A stretch of DNA of 64,000 bases from Myxococcota bacterium (GCA_041687695.1 JAWLBL010000003.1:183660-247659); one strand, 5' to 3'; positions 28,164 to 48,344 are shown, numbered from the stretch's first letter. The notes: generated by a model not told the origin, from the sequence alone. Numbers and translations are program-made.

Positions 28164-28865
28164 TCAGCCCCCGGCCGGCCTCAGGAACACGAACACGGCC
28201 CCGCTGCCGCCCTGGGCCATCGGCGCCGTGACCACCTCGCGGATCCGCGCCAGGAAGTCGACCCGGAGCCACTGCATCAGGGCCTCCTGCAGCACGGCCC
28301 CATCTCGGCTGTGCAGGCCGCGGCCAGGGATGATGCGGACCGTCGCGTGCCCCTGCTCGGCGGCGCGGCGCAAGAAGCTCTCCACCGCCTCGCGCGCGGC
28401 CTCGCGGCGCAACCCGTGCAGGTCGAGCGTCGGCGCCGCCTTGAACTGCCCCGACTTGATGCGCCGCTTCAGAGTCCGGGGGGTCCCGTCCACGCGCTCG
28501 TCCGCCGCTGGCCGAGTCGAGACGTGAGGCTCGTCTGAACCGTCATCGTCGACGGGCGCCATCCCGGACGCCTCCATGGCCGCCGCGAACAGCGCGTCGT
28601 CCTCGGCCAGACGTCGCTCACGCGGCGGGGTGCTGCGCGGCGAGCCGGACGCCGACGACCTGGGCGCCGTCTCGCGTGGCTGCGGGGCGTCACCCATCAT
28701 GGCCTCGAACAGCGCGTCATCGTCGGCCTGGCGTTGGCGCCGCGACTGCCCGACGCCCAGCTGTCGCATGGCCCGCTCGAACTCCCGATCGGCCAGGTGA
28801 TCCCCGAGGCCGTCCTGGTGATCCGGCCGACCTCGGCGCCCCTTCCCGCTCGTGTCATCGCTCAT
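28164..28865 (-). CDS. Smr/MutS2 C-terminal domain protein
   Basis: LDLHG, IIPGRG.HS, GGSGAVFVFL; two DDALF..AM-like motifs upstream. Confidence 0.88.
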   Translation of the reverse strand: MSDDTSGKGRRGRPDHQDGLGDHLADREFERAMRQLGVGQSRRQRQADDDALFEAMMGDAPQPRETAPRSSASGSPRSTPPRERRLAEDDALFAAAMEASGMAPVDDDGSDEPHVSTRPAADERVDGTPRTLKRRIKSGQFKAAPTLDLHGLRREAAREAVESFLRRAAEQGHATVRIIPGRGLHSRDGAVLQEALMQWLRVDFLARIREVVTAPMAQGGSGAVFVFLRPAGG

Positions 28866-28995
28866 GACAGCCTGCCCTCCCTCTGCTAGAAGCTCCACGC
28901 GTCGCCACGGGCGCCACCCCGAAGCGGGCCCGTCGCCGCGACCGCACGCGGCCGCCAACCCAGCCAGACGAAGCACCCTCGCGCGGAGGACCAGT

Positions 28996-30708
28996 ATGCG
29001 AATGACCCAGCTCCACGCACCGACCCTCCGGGAGGCCCCCAAGGAGGCGGAGCTCGTCAGCCACCGGCTGCTCTTGCGCGCCGGCTTCATCCGGCAGCTC
29101 ACGGCCGGCGTCTACGACATCCTGCCGCTCGGCATGCGCTCGGTCACGCGGATCTCGAACATCATCCGCGAGGAGCTCGACCGCGCAGGCGCCCAGGAGG
29201 TCCTGCTGCCGGCGGTTCAGCCCGCCGAGCTCTGGAAGGAGAGCGGGCGCTGGGACAAGTACGGGCCCGAGCTGCTCCGCTTCAAGGACCGCAAGGAGGC
29301 CGAGTACTGCCTCGGGCCCACGCACGAGGAGGTCATCGTGGACCTCGTGCGCCGCGATGTGCGGTCGTACCGGCAGCTGCCGGTCAACCTGTACCAGATC
29401 CAGTTCAAGTTCCGTGACGAGATCCGGCCCCGTGGCGGCCTGATGCGCGGTCGCGAGTTCATCATGAAGGACGCCTACTCCTTCGATGCGAGCGAAGAAG
29501 GGGCCCACGCCTCCTACCGCGCGATGTATCAGGCCTACGAGGCGATCTTCCGCCGCTGCGGCCTGGACTTCCGCGCGGTCGAGGCCGACACGGGCAACAT
29601 CGGCGGCAGCCTGTCGCACGAGTTCCAGGTGCTCGCGACCCACGGCGAAGACGCCATCGTCAGCTGCGACACCTGCAGCTATACCGCCAACGTCGAGAAG
29701 GCGGCGATCGGGCAGCGGGGCGTGACCGCTCCGCCGATCACCGAGGGGGCGCCAGAGCGGGTCGATACGCCGAACCGACGGACCGTCGAGGAGGTGACGC
29801 ACTTCCTCGGCGTGACCCCCGATCAGCTGATCAAGACCCTGATCGTCCTGGTCGATGGCCAGCCGTGGGCTGCGCTGGTCCGGGGCGACCGAGAGCTCAA
29901 CCCGCTGAAGATCAAGGACGCGCTACAGGCCGGCGAGGTCACTCTGGCCGACGACGCCACGGTCACGCGCGTCACTGGGGCGCCGGTCGGCTTCGCCGGA
30001 CCCGTCGGGCTGTCGATCCCCGTCATCGCCGACCCCGAGGTGGCGCTGATGGTCGACGCCGTCTGTGGGGCGAACGCGGCCGACACGCACCTGCGCGGTG
30101 TCGCCGCAGGGCGCGACTTCAGCCCACGGCAAGTCGCCGACGTGCATCTGGCGCGCGAGGGCGACGCCTGCCCCCGCTGCGAGGGGCGGCTGCGGGCCTT
30201 CCGCGGCATCGAGGTCGGCCACGTCTTCTACCTCGGCACGCGCTACTCCAAGCCGATGGGCTGCACGTTCCTGGACCGTGACGGCCAGGACAAGCCCATG
30301 GTCATGGGCTGCTACGGCATCGGCGTCACGCGCATCCTGGCCGCCGCCGTCGAGCAACACTTCGACGATCGCGGCATCGTCTGGCCAATGGCGCTGGCGC
30401 CGTTCCAGCTCGCCATCATCCCGCTCGGTCGACCCGGGGACGAGCTGGCCTCGGCCGCGGATCAGCTCTACCGCGACGCCAAGGCGGCCGGACTCGACGC
30501 GGTGATCGACGACCGCGACGAGCGCCCGGGCGTCAAGTTCGCCGACTCCGATCTCATGGGCTTCCCGCTCCAGGTCGTCCTGGGCAAGCGGGGCCTGGCC
30601 GAAGGCAAGGTCGAGCTGAAGTTCCGCGACGGCCGCGCCACCGAGAACGTGCCGCTCGCCGAGATCGTGGAACGGCTCCGCGCCCTGGTCGCCGAGGCGC
30701 TCGCGTGA
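28996..30708 (+). CDS. proS: Proline--tRNA ligase (with INS editing domain)
   Basis: SHRLLLRAGFI, LGPTHEE, KFRDEIRPRGGLMRGREF, GIEVGHVF, MGCYGIGV. Confidence 0.96.
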   Translation: MRMTQLHAPTLREAPKEAELVSHRLLLRAGFIRQLTAGVYDILPLGMRSVTRISNIIREELDRAGAQEVLLPAVQPAELWKESGRWDKYGPELLRFKDRKEAEYCLGPTHEEVIVDLVRRDVRSYRQLPVNLYQIQFKFRDEIRPRGGLMRGREFIMKDAYSFDASEEGAHASYRAMYQAYEAIFRRCGLDFRAVEADTGNIGGSLSHEFQVLATHGEDAIVSCDTCSYTANVEKAAIGQRGVTAPPITEGAPERVDTPNRRTVEEVTHFLGVTPDQLIKTLIVLVDGQPWAALVRGDRELNPLKIKDALQAGEVTLADDATVTRVTGAPVGFAGPVGLSIPVIADPEVALMVDAVCGANAADTHLRGVAAGRDFSPRQVADVHLAREGDACPRCEGRLRAFRGIEVGHVFYLGTRYSKPMGCTFLDRDGQDKPMVMGCYGIGVTRILAAAVEQHFDDRGIVWPMALAPFQLAIIPLGRPGDELASAADQLYRDAKAAGLDAVIDDRDERPGVKFADSDLMGFPLQVVLGKRGLAEGKVELKFRDGRATENVPLAEIVERLRALVAEALA

Positions 30709-31424
30709 GCCCCGCTCCGGACCAGCCGGCCGCGGCGGTCGATCGCCTGATCGTCGCCGCTGACGTCCCACTGACCGAGCTGCCCTCCCTGCTCGCCGAT
30801 CTCGACGGGGTCGCCCGCTGGATCAAGGTCGGCTCGACCCTCTTCGCCGAGGGCGGGCCCGACCTCGTGCGGAGCCTGCACGGGCAGGGGTGGCGCGTCT
30901 TCCTGGACCTGAAGCTGCACGACATCCCCCACCAGGTCGAGCTGACGACGCGTGCCCTGGCGGGGCTCGGGGCGGATCTCCTCACGATCCACGCCGCGGG
31001 CGGCGCCGAGATGATCGCGGCGGCGCGCCAGGGTCTCAGCGGACACGCCACGCGGCTGCTCGCGGTCACCGTCTTGACCAGCCTGGACGGCGCGGCCCTC
31101 CGCGCGATCGGCTGCGCCGAACCCCCCGAGCAGCTGGTCCTGCGGCGCGCACGCCTGGCCATCGACCATGGGGCCCATGGCCTCGTCGCGTCGGCACAGG
31201 AGGCGCGGACGCTCCGCGCCGAGCTCGGACGAGACTTGCACCTCGTCACGCCCGGCGTGCGCCCCAGCGGCTCCGATCCGGGAGATCAGGCGCGCGTCAT
31301 GACGCCCGCCGACGCGATCGCGGCCGGCGCGACCCAGCTCGTCGTCGGACGCCCGATCACCGGGGCGGCCGATCGCCGTGATGCGGCGCGGCGTCTCGTC
31401 AGCGAGATCGCGAGGGCCTCGTGA
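30705..31424 (+). CDS. pyrF: Orotidine-5'-phosphate decarboxylase
   Basis: FLDLKLHDIP, VTVLTS, VTPGVRP, DQARV, VVGRPIT. Confidence 0.95.
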   Translation: MSPAPDQPAAAVDRLIVAADVPLTELPSLLADLDGVARWIKVGSTLFAEGGPDLVRSLHGQGWRVFLDLKLHDIPHQVELTTRALAGLGADLLTIHAAGGAEMIAAARQGLSGHATRLLAVTVLTSLDGAALRAIGCAEPPEQLVLRRARLAIDHGAHGLVASAQEARTLRAELGRDLHLVTPGVRPSGSDPGDQARVMTPADAIAAGATQLVVGRPITGAADRRDAARRLVSEIARAS

Positions 31425-32164
31425 GCCGGATCTACGGCACGCACGCGGTGCTCGAGCTCCTCGAGACCGCGCCACACGCCGTGACGAGCGTGCACCTCGT
31501 GCGAGGCCGCCGCGCCTCCGAGGACGAGCCCGTCGTCGCGAAGGCCGAGGCGCTTGGGATCCCGATCCAGGAGCTGGATCCCAGCAGCCAGAGGGCCCGA
31601 TCCGGCGGCCGGGGCGGCGTGCGCGTCGCCGCCGACATCCGGATCGCGCAGGCGCCGGCCCTCGAGGAGATCGGCGCCGAAGGGGCGCCCCTGGTCCTGG
31701 CGCTCGACGGGGTCACCGATCCCCACAACCTCGGCGCGATCGTACGATCGTCGGCCGCGTTGGGAGCGTCGCTCATCATCGTGCCGCGCGACAACGCCGC
31801 CCCGCTGAACGACGCGGCCGTGCGAGCGTCCGCGGGCGCCGTCGCCCACGTGCCGGTGATGCGGGTCGTCAACCTGGCCCGCGCGTTGCGCCAGCTACGG
31901 GAGCAGGGCTTGTGGGCCCTCGCCGCCATCCCGGACGCGGGGACCAGCCTCTGGGACGCGGACCTGACCTTACCGACGGTCCTCGCGCTCGGCGCCGAGG
32001 GTCGCGGCCTCCGGCCGGGGGTGGTCAAGGCTTGCGAGGTCACGGTGCGACTGCCCCTCGCGGGACCCGTGGCCTCCCTCAACGTCAGCGTCTTCGCGGG
32101 GATCGCGCTGGCCGAGGCCACCCGTCAGAGACACGCCGCGCGACCCCTCGACAAAGGGGCATGA
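31421..32164 (+). CDS. rlmB: 23S rRNA (Gm2251) methyltransferase, TrmH/SPOUT family
   Basis: IYG.HAV, LDGVTDPHNLGAIVRS, GAEGRG, SLNVSV. Confidence 0.85.
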   Translation: MSRIYGTHAVLELLETAPHAVTSVHLVRGRRASEDEPVVAKAEALGIPIQELDPSSQRARSGGRGGVRVAADIRIAQAPALEEIGAEGAPLVLALDGVTDPHNLGAIVRSSAALGASLIIVPRDNAAPLNDAAVRASAGAVAHVPVMRVVNLARALRQLREQGLWALAAIPDAGTSLWDADLTLPTVLALGAEGRGLRPGVVKACEVTVRLPLAGPVASLNVSVFAGIALAEATRQRHAARPLDKGA

Positions 32165-32181
32165 AGGTCGCGATTCGCTGG

Positions 32182-32215
32182 TTGACAGGCCCGAACGCCT
32201 CTCGTATAAGGCGCC
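32182..32215 (+). promoter_or_regulatory. Sigma70 promoter of the tRNA-tuf operon
   Basis: TTGACA-N17-TATAAG followed by GC-rich discriminator GCGCC. Confidence 0.8.
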
Positions 32216-32257
32216 TCTCGCTTGGGCCGACCCCTACCGGCCGGTCCGGCGGGTCAC

Positions 32258-32330
32258 GCTGGCGTAGCTCAACTGGCAGAGCAGCTGATTTGTAATCAGC
32301 AGGTTGCGGGTTCGACTCCCACCGTCAGCT
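32258..32330 (+). tRNA. tRNA-Thr(TGT)
   Basis: Cloverleaf, anticodon loop TTTGTAA, GTTCGA T-loop; CCA not encoded. Confidence 0.95.
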
Positions 32331-32387
32331 CCGACAAGCGTCAAGCTCTTTACAGGTTCAGTCCTACCACGACCGTAGAACGTGTGT

Positions 32388-32470
32388 GGAGGGGTGCCCG
32401 AGTGGCCAAAGGGAGCAGGCTGTAAACCTGCCGGCTTACGCCTTCGAAGGTTCGAATCCTTCCCCCTCCA
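32388..32470 (+). tRNA. tRNA-Tyr(GTA)
   Basis: GGAGGGG/CCCCTCC acceptor, CTGTAAA loop, long variable arm; CCA not encoded. Confidence 0.95.
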
Positions 32471-32507
32471 CTCCCTACGTCCCGGCCGCGTCGTGGCGAT
32501 CCAGCGT

Positions 32508-32583
<76 letters not shown>

Positions 32584-32632
32584 ACCTCGGCCTGCGCTGG
32601 CCGGGTCGCTGGCGCGCCCGGGCGTACCCGAT

Positions 32633-32707
<75 letters not shown>

Positions 32708-32877
32708 TCCGCCGTCCGGCTGCGCGCTGAGACGGCGACCACGCAGTGCGGTCTGGCTGCTATCCGCAGCAGCCCCCTATTTCCCTGGGGGGCGACCTGC
32801 TCAAACAAGTAGAGCGACCGTCGCACTCGCGTCCGATTCGGACGAGGCACGGCCAGTCACCTCCGAGGAGAGACGAC

Positions 32878-34071
<1,194 letters not shown>

Positions 34072-34095
34072 TCTCGCTCCCAGCCTGCCCAACTC

Positions 34096-34124
34096 GAAGG
34101 GAGGTGGCGACGCCACCTCCCTTC
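34096..34124 (+). terminator. 13-bp perfect hairpin after tuf
   Basis: GAAGGGAGGTGGC-gac-GCCACCTCCCTTC; no strong U-tract. Confidence 0.5.
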
Positions 34125-34143
34125 AGCTTATCGAGGTGATGAC

Positions 34144-34320
34144 ATGGCCAAGGGCAATCGCGTGATCGTGACGCTCGAGTGCACGGAGGCCCGCGCCGAA
34201 GGCGCCCCGCCGAGCCGCTACACGACCACCAAGAACAAGAAGACGACCCCGAAGCGCCTGGAGAAGCGGAAGTACAACCCCTTCCTGCGGCGTTACACGG
34301 TCCATCGCGAGACGAAGTAG
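34144..34320 (+). CDS. rpmG: 50S ribosomal protein L33 (Zn-ribbon-less form, 58 aa; not in ORF track)
   Basis: [66 protein letters not shown]. Confidence 0.93.
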   Translation: MAKGNRVIVTLECTEARAEGAPPSRYTTTKNKKTTPKRLEKRKYNPFLRRYTVHRETK

Positions 34321-34488
34321 CCTCGCGTCTTCATCCGGGGCCGCGAGGCGCCCTCTCGGGGCGGCCTCGCGGATCACCGACGCCGATCGAGCTCTCGGGG
34401 ATTATAGCTTGACCGGGTCGGTAGACCCTGTATATGGTTCGCGCCCCGTTGGCCCGGAAGGCCCAGCGGCGGGTCTCGATAGCATTGT

Positions 34489-34564
34489 AGGCCAGTAGCT
34501 CCAACGGTAGAGCGCCGGACTCCAAATCCGGATGTTGGGGGTTCGAATCCCTCCTGGCCTGCCA
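34489..34564 (+). tRNA. tRNA-Trp(CCA)
   Basis: AGGCCAG/CTGGCCT acceptor, CTCCAAA loop, 3' CCA. Confidence 0.96.
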
Positions 34565-34667
34565 TCAACCTGGTGCCACAGCGGCACGACGCACTGAGCC
34601 CTGCGTAATCCAAGCCCCTCCGCGTCTGCGCGGCTCGGGCTTACCAACCGTGAGGCGCAACGGAACG

Positions 34668-35051
34668 ATGGGTGTCGCTCGCTACGTCAACATGGCCTTC
34701 GTGGCCGTTGGCCTCCTCGGCTGGATCATCTTCGCCGAGCTGTTCGGATTCATCCTGAGCCTCTTCGGCGCTGGGGCGAACATGCCGCTCATCGGCGTGA
34801 ACTTCCGGCTCGCGGACCTCATCGGCCTCATCGCCGCGGCGGCCTTGGCGATCGGGCTCCGTCGCAACGAGAAGGTCTCGACCTACGCCCTCGAGGTCGG
34901 CAACGAGCTCTCGAAGGTGACCTGGCCGTCCTGGCCCGAGACCAAGCTGGCCACGGTGGTCGTCATCATCACGACCGTCGTCATCGCCCTCATCCTGGGC
35001 GCTTTCGACTGGCTGTGGTCGGCGCTCTCGGGGCTGGTATACGACGTTTGA
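34668..35051 (+). CDS. secE: Preprotein translocase subunit SecE (3-TM form)
   Basis: EV.NEL.KVTWPS..ET motif plus TM segments; canonical position before nusG. Confidence 0.9.
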   Translation: MGVARYVNMAFVAVGLLGWIIFAELFGFILSLFGAGANMPLIGVNFRLADLIGLIAAAALAIGLRRNEKVSTYALEVGNELSKVTWPSWPETKLATVVVIITTVVIALILGAFDWLWSALSGLVYDV

Positions 35052-35104
35052 GGTCGGTCGGGGCGTCTGCCTCTGCCCCTCACGGCTCCCTGGAGAACGA
35101 GACC

Positions 35105-35638
35105 ATGGCCATGAAGTGGTACGCCGTCGGCACCTTCTCGGGGTTCGAGGCGCGCGCCAAGCAGCTGCTGCAGGAGAACATCAAGACGGCCGGTCTCGAC
35201 GACCGGTTCGGCGAGATCCTCGTGCCGACCGAGGAGGTCGTCGAGCTCCGTGGCGGCGCCCGGCGCACCACGCAGCGCAAGCTCATGCCGGGCTACATGT
35301 TCGTCGAGATGGAGATGGACGGCGAGACCTGGCACTGCGTCAAGAACACGCAGAAGATCACCGGCTTCATCGGGGACGACAAGAACCCCAAGCCGATGAG
35401 CTCGCGCGAGGTCAAGGCGCTCACGCAGCAGATCGAGGAGTCCGGGACCAAGGTGACGCACAAGCGCACCTTCGAGGAGGGCAGCACCGTCCGCGTCATC
35501 GACGGACCCTTCCTCAACTTCAGCGGCGTGGTCGAAGAGGTCATGCCGCAAAAGCAGAAGGTCCGCGTGCTGGTCAGCATCTTCGGCCGCGCTACGCCGG
35601 TCGAGCTCGACTTCATGCAAGTCGAGTCGATGTCATAG
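35105..35638 (+). CDS. nusG: Transcription antitermination factor NusG
   Basis: [37 protein letters not shown]. Confidence 0.96.
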   Translation: MAMKWYAVGTFSGFEARAKQLLQENIKTAGLDDRFGEILVPTEEVVELRGGARRTTQRKLMPGYMFVEMEMDGETWHCVKNTQKITGFIGDDKNPKPMSSREVKALTQQIEESGTKVTHKRTFEEGSTVRVIDGPFLNFSGVVEEVMPQKQKVRVLVSIFGRATPVELDFMQVESMS

Positions 35639-35740
35639 CCCTTGTCATTAGGTCGGCAGGTCCTTGACCACGCCCCCGTCGGGTGACGGGGCCGGCCCGT
35701 CCGGCGGCGTGGGAGATCTGTTGCCAAGGAGTTTCGAGTC

Positions 35741-36163
35741 ATGGCGAAGAAGATCACCGGCTACGTGAAGCTGCAGGTCCCCGCGGGCCGCGCGAACCCC
35801 TCGCCGCCCGTGGGTCCGGCTCTCGGTCAGCAGGGCGTGAACATCATGCAGTTCTGCAAGGAGTTCAACGCGCGCACCCAGGCGCAGATGGGCATGATCA
35901 TCCCGGTCGTCATCACGGTGTACGCGGACCGGTCGTTCACGTTCGTCACCAAGACCCCTCCCGCCTCGGACCTCATCAAGAAGGCCGCCGGGATCGAGAA
36001 GGGCTCGGGGATCCCGAACCGCGTCAAGGTCGGCAAGCTCACCCAGGCCCAGGTCCAGCAGATCGCCGAGCAGAAGATGCCCGATCTGTACGCGAACGAC
36101 CTGGACACGGCGGTCAAGACGATTGCCGGCACCGCTCGCAGCATGGGCGTCGAGATCGTCTGA
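35741..36163 (+). CDS. rplK: 50S ribosomal protein L11
   Basis: [20 protein letters not shown]. Confidence 0.98.
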   Translation: MAKKITGYVKLQVPAGRANPSPPVGPALGQQGVNIMQFCKEFNARTQAQMGMIIPVVITVYADRSFTFVTKTPPASDLIKKAAGIEKGSGIPNRVKVGKLTQAQVQQIAEQKMPDLYANDLDTAVKTIAGTARSMGVEIV

Positions 36164-36198
36164 GGGGACCCTCGGACCGACCCGCGACCACAACCGTC

Positions 36199-36228
36199 GG
36201 TAGGAGGGGCGTGGCCCCGCTGACTACC
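36199..36228 (+). promoter_or_regulatory. Putative L1-binding mRNA element before rplA
   Basis: GGTAG-GAG-GGGC-gtg-GCCC-CGCTGA-CTACC stem with asymmetric purine-rich internal loop typical of L1 operators. Confidence 0.55.
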
Positions 36229-36239
36229 CGGAGCACGAC

Positions 36240-36941
36240 ATGGCAAAGAACGGAAAGAAGTTCCGAGCGGCGGCTGAGAAGGTCGACCGCGCCAAGCGTT
36301 ACGAGCTCGACGAGGCCGTCAAGCTCGTGAAGGACACCAGCACGACCAAGTTCGACGGCACCGTCGACGCGGCCGTGCGCCTGGGCGTGAACCCCCGTCA
36401 CGCCGACCAGATGGTCCGCGGCGCGGTCGTGCTCCCGCACGGCACGGGCCGGACCGTCCGCGTCGCCGTCTTCGCCAAGGGCGACAAGGCGCGCGAGGCC
36501 GAGGAGGCGGGGGCCGACATCGTCGGCGCCGAGGAGCTGGTCAACAAGATCAAGGATGGCTGGCTCGAGTTCGACATGGCGATCGCCACGCCGGACATGA
36601 TGGGCCTCGTCGGCCGCGTCGGTCGCGTCCTCGGCCCGCGCGGGCTGATGCCGAACCCCAAGTCGGGCTCGGTGACGCAGGACGTCGGTCAGGCCGTGCG
36701 CGACTCCAAGGGCGGCAAGGTCGACTTCCGCGTCGAGAAGGCCGGCATCATCCACGCCCGCATCGGCAAGGTCTCCTTCGGCGAGCAGCAGCTGGCCGAG
36801 AACCTGCGTGCCCTGGTCGACCAGCTGCAGAAGCTGAAGCCGTCGACCGCCAAGGGCGTGTACCTCAAGAGCATCTCTCTGTCGGCGACGATGGGCCCCG
36901 GGGTCAAGGTGAACCCGGGATCGGTCTTGTCGGCGGAGTAG
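36240..36941 (+). CDS. rplA: 50S ribosomal protein L1
   Basis: [31 protein letters not shown]. Confidence 0.98.
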   Translation: MAKNGKKFRAAAEKVDRAKRYELDEAVKLVKDTSTTKFDGTVDAAVRLGVNPRHADQMVRGAVVLPHGTGRTVRVAVFAKGDKAREAEEAGADIVGAEELVNKIKDGWLEFDMAIATPDMMGLVGRVGRVLGPRGLMPNPKSGSVTQDVGQAVRDSKGGKVDFRVEKAGIIHARIGKVSFGEQQLAENLRALVDQLQKLKPSTAKGVYLKSISLSATMGPGVKVNPGSVLSAE

Positions 36942-37204
36942 CGAGACACCTCGCGATGGCCGGGTCCGCCCGGTCATCGCACGGGTGTGTCCAGGGTGGC
37001 CAGGCCCACCGCGGCAGGGGCGAACGGAGCTACCGCCAGCCCACGTCGCGGAGAGACGAACCACCTCGCCCCTCGGGGCAACATCGAAGCAGTGCCAGGT
37101 CCAATCCGGTCGTTGATCGTCGCAGAAGTCGGTGGGCGAGGCCCCCAATCGCGCCAGTCGGCGCGGCCGGCGGAGGCGGTGAGCGGTGGAAGCGGACCAC
37201 GATT

Positions 37205-37292
37205 CCCAGACTCGTACGCCCAAGGAGGGTTCGCCCCTCCCGGTTGGCGGCGCGGAAGCCGACCCGGCACCTGTCCCACCCTACGAAGGCCA
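37205..37292 (+). promoter_or_regulatory. Putative L10 leader
   Basis: AGAC.CGTA...CCTACGAAGG framing a structured region just upstream of rplJ. Confidence 0.5.
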
Positions 37293-37327
37293 ACCGTGAC
37301 CCCACGGAGCCGCCTTCAGGAGGCACA

Positions 37328-37852
37328 ATGAACCGCCAGGAGAAAGCAGAGCAGGTCGAAGACATTCGCGGTCTCCTCGACGGTGCCCAGCTGGTCGTGC
37401 TCACGCACTACTCCGGCCTCGGCGTGGACGCGATGATGACGCTTCGGCGTCAGCTTCGCGGCGCACAGGCCGGCTACCGGGTCATGAAGAACACGTTGGC
37501 GAAGATCGCCACGGGGGATTCCGAGCTCCAGGGCCTCGCTCCCCACTTCAAGGGTCCGGTCGGCGTCGCGTTCACGAAGGTGGACCCGGCGGCTGCCGCC
37601 AAGGTGCTCGCGGACTTCGTCCGGGACAACCCGAAGCTGCAGATCCGCGCCGGCATCCTCCCGGGTGGCAAGGTGCTCGACGCCGCTGGCATCGACGCGC
37701 TCAGCCGCCTGCCGAGCCGCGATCAGCTGCGGGCGCAGTTGCTGGCCACGCTCAACGGCGTCGGCACGAAGTTCGTGCGGGTGCTGGCCGCCGTGCCCGG
37801 CGGGATGGTGAACGTCCTCGAGGCGCGTCGCCGTCAGCTCGCCGGTGAGTAG
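37328..37852 (+). CDS. rplJ: 50S ribosomal protein L10
   Basis: MNRQEK, Y.GL.V, VMKNTLA, LSRLPSR. Confidence 0.95.
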   Translation: MNRQEKAEQVEDIRGLLDGAQLVVLTHYSGLGVDAMMTLRRQLRGAQAGYRVMKNTLAKIATGDSELQGLAPHFKGPVGVAFTKVDPAAAAKVLADFVRDNPKLQIRAGILPGGKVLDAAGIDALSRLPSRDQLRAQLLATLNGVGTKFVRVLAAVPGGMVNVLEARRRQLAGE

Positions 37853-37927
37853 ACCGAGCCCCCGACCGAGCCATCGGCGAGGTCACTGGTTCCAACCCAA
37901 CCCAACCAACGAGTCTGGAGAATAGAA

Positions 37928-38311
37928 ATGGCTGATATCACTCGTGCGCAGGTCAAGGAATATCTGAGCGGTCTGACGGTTCTCGAGCTGTCCGAGCTGG
38001 TCAAGGAGCTCGAGGAGGCCTGGGGCGTGTCGGCGGCGGCTCCGGTCGCGGTCGCGGCCGCGGCTCCGGGTGGCCCGGCGGCGCCGGCCGCCGAGGAGAA
38101 GACCGAGTTCGACGTCATCCTGACCGACGCCGGCGCTCAGAAGATCCAGGTGATCAAGGCGGTTCGCGAGGTGACGGGCCTGGGCCTCAAGGAGGCCAAG
38201 GACCTCGTCGACAACCCGCCGAAGCCCCTCAAGGAGGCCGTCTCCAAGGAGGAGGCCAACGACGTCAAGGCGAAGATCGAGGCCGCTGGCGGCAAGGTCG
38301 ACGTCAAGTAG
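37928..38311 (+). CDS. rplL: 50S ribosomal protein L7/L12
   Basis: [23 protein letters not shown]. Confidence 0.98.
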   Translation: MADITRAQVKEYLSGLTVLELSELVKELEEAWGVSAAAPVAVAAAAPGGPAAPAAEEKTEFDVILTDAGAQKIQVIKAVREVTGLGLKEAKDLVDNPPKPLKEAVSKEEANDVKAKIEAAGGKVDVK

Positions 38312-38476
38312 TTCCGCCAGGCCAGTCGGCGCGGCCCTCGGCAGGTGCACGTCACCCCGGGTCCGCGCCGTCTGGCCTTTGGTGTCTCACCGGCCCTGCG
38401 CGTCTCGCCAGGCACACCGGTTCGCCGAACAGCTCAGGTGTCCTGAGGCACATCCCAGATCGGTTGAGGAGGAAAC

Positions 38477-42589
<4,113 letters not shown>

Positions 42590-42621
42590 GGCCCGCCCCG
42601 ACGGCTCCAAGGAGGAGTGAC

Positions 42622-46746
<4,125 letters not shown>

Positions 46747-46751
46747 CACGC

Positions 46752-46788
46752 GACGGCGGGGGCTCCGCTCGAGGGCCCCCGCTCCGTC
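46752..46788 (+). terminator. GC-rich hairpin after rpoC
   Basis: GCGGGGGCTC...GGGCCCCCGC inverted repeat. Confidence 0.45.
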
Positions 46789-46796
46789 GATCCCAC

Positions 46797-46829
46797 TTGA
46801 CTTGCAGCCGGCGCTCTCTAGAATGCGCC
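46797..46829 (+). promoter_or_regulatory. Sigma70 promoter of rpsL-rpsG
   Basis: TTGACT-N16-TAGAAT followed by GCGCC. Confidence 0.75.
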
Positions 46830-46883
46830 TCCTTCCGAGAAGCCGCGTCGAACGCGGCGGCGTGAAGCGATAACGGGAGTACG

Positions 46884-47255
46884 ATGCCTACCATCAATCA
46901 GCTCGTCCGGCAGGGGCGAGAGAAGCAGCGTAACAAGACGGCCGCGCCGGCCCTCGAGGCGTGCCCGCAGAAGCGCGGCGTCTGCGTCCGCGTCTACACC
47001 TCGACCCCCAAGAAGCCGAACTCGGCCCTCCGCAAGATCGCCCGTGTGCGCCTGACCAACGGGATGGAGGTCACCTCCTACATCCCGGGCGAGGGGCACA
47101 ACCTGCAGGAGCACTCGCTGGTGCTCATCCGTGGCGGTCGTGTGAAGGACCTGCCGGGTGTCCGCTACCACATCATCCGCGGGACGCTCGACGCCAGCGG
47201 CGTGGCCAACCGTAAGCGCGGCCGCTCGAAGTACGGCACCAAGCGCGGGAAGTAA
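46884..47255 (+). CDS. rpsL: 30S ribosomal protein S12
   Basis: [29 protein letters not shown]. Confidence 0.99.
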   Translation: MPTINQLVRQGREKQRNKTAAPALEACPQKRGVCVRVYTSTPKKPNSALRKIARVRLTNGMEVTSYIPGEGHNLQEHSLVLIRGGRVKDLPGVRYHIIRGTLDASGVANRKRGRSKYGTKRGK

Positions 47256-47264
47256 GAGGAAGTC

Positions 47265-47735
47265 ATGCCGAGAAAGCGCGAAGTACCCAAGCGGCACATC
47301 AACCCCGACCCGAAGTTCCACGACACGTTGGTCGCCAAGTTCGTCAACGTGCTCATGTACGACGGGAAGAAGTCGACCGCCGAACAGATCCTGTACGCGG
47401 CGTTCGATCGCATCGCCGAGCGTGCGAACGAGGATCCCGTCCGCGTCTTCAAGAAGGCGGTCGAGAACGTCAAGCCTCAGCTCGAGGTGAAGTCGCGCCG
47501 CGTGGGCGGGTCGAACTACCAGGTCCCCGTCGAGGTCCGGCCCGAGCGCAAGACCGCGCTCGCGATGCGCTGGATCGCGCAGTACGCCCGGCAGCGTGGC
47601 GAGAAGTCGATGATCGAGAAGCTCGCCGGCGAGCTGCTCGACGCGTCGGCCAACCGCGGCTCCGCCGTGAAGAAGAAGGACGACACGCACCGCATGGCCG
47701 AGGCCAACAAGGCCTTCGCGCACTATCGCTGGTAG
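47265..47735 (+). CDS. rpsG: 30S ribosomal protein S7
   Basis: [32 protein letters not shown]. Confidence 0.99.
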   Translation: MPRKREVPKRHINPDPKFHDTLVAKFVNVLMYDGKKSTAEQILYAAFDRIAERANEDPVRVFKKAVENVKPQLEVKSRRVGGSNYQVPVEVRPERKTALAMRWIAQYARQRGEKSMIEKLAGELLDASANRGSAVKKKDDTHRMAEANKAFAHYRW

Positions 47736-47757
47736 CCTGTCTCCCGAGGTACTCCCG

Positions 47758-47797
47758 GAAGAGCCGGTCCGCGTGGCGGGCCGGCTCTTCGCATTTT
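47758..47797 (+). terminator. Intrinsic terminator directly after rpsG
   Basis: GAAGAGCCGGTCCGC-gtg-GCGGGCCGGCTCTTC followed by GCATTTT. Confidence 0.7.
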
Positions 47798-48344
47798 GGA
47801 GCCGCCTCAACGGCCGGAGAGTCGGCAGCCCGCACTCGCGACGTGCGCCGCCGTTCAGCTGCACTCAGCGCGGCCGTTGGCCCGTGGCGCATCGAGTGGT
47901 CGAGGTCGTGACCTGCCGACCGCAGCACGAGTCCCGCCGTGCGCCACGGAGTGCGGGGAGCGCGGAGCGCTCGCACGCGGTGCCCAGCGCGCTCCGACGG
48001 GGCTGCACGGCCTGGTACGCACGCTTTGGGGACGGGGAGACGGCCCGATCCGATCGCCGCCTAGCCTACCCAGCACCAAGCAACTGCTTGGCTTGCGTTT
48101 GTCACGCGATCCGATGCGAGGGCAACGCCTGGCGCCGCGGAGCGGTCACGCCGCAGGTCGAGTCCTTCGGGCGCGCCGAAAATCGTCGAAGCTCGGCGAG
48201 GTTCGGAGCAACCCATGCAACGGGGCTGCGTCACTGGACCCGCGTCGAGCTTGAAGGCCCGAACGCCTCCCTCGAGGCGCGAGGCCAGGCGATCAGCGCC
48301 GAGCTTCTTGACCGCGCTGTGTCAGGCCCAGGCCTACGCCATTC

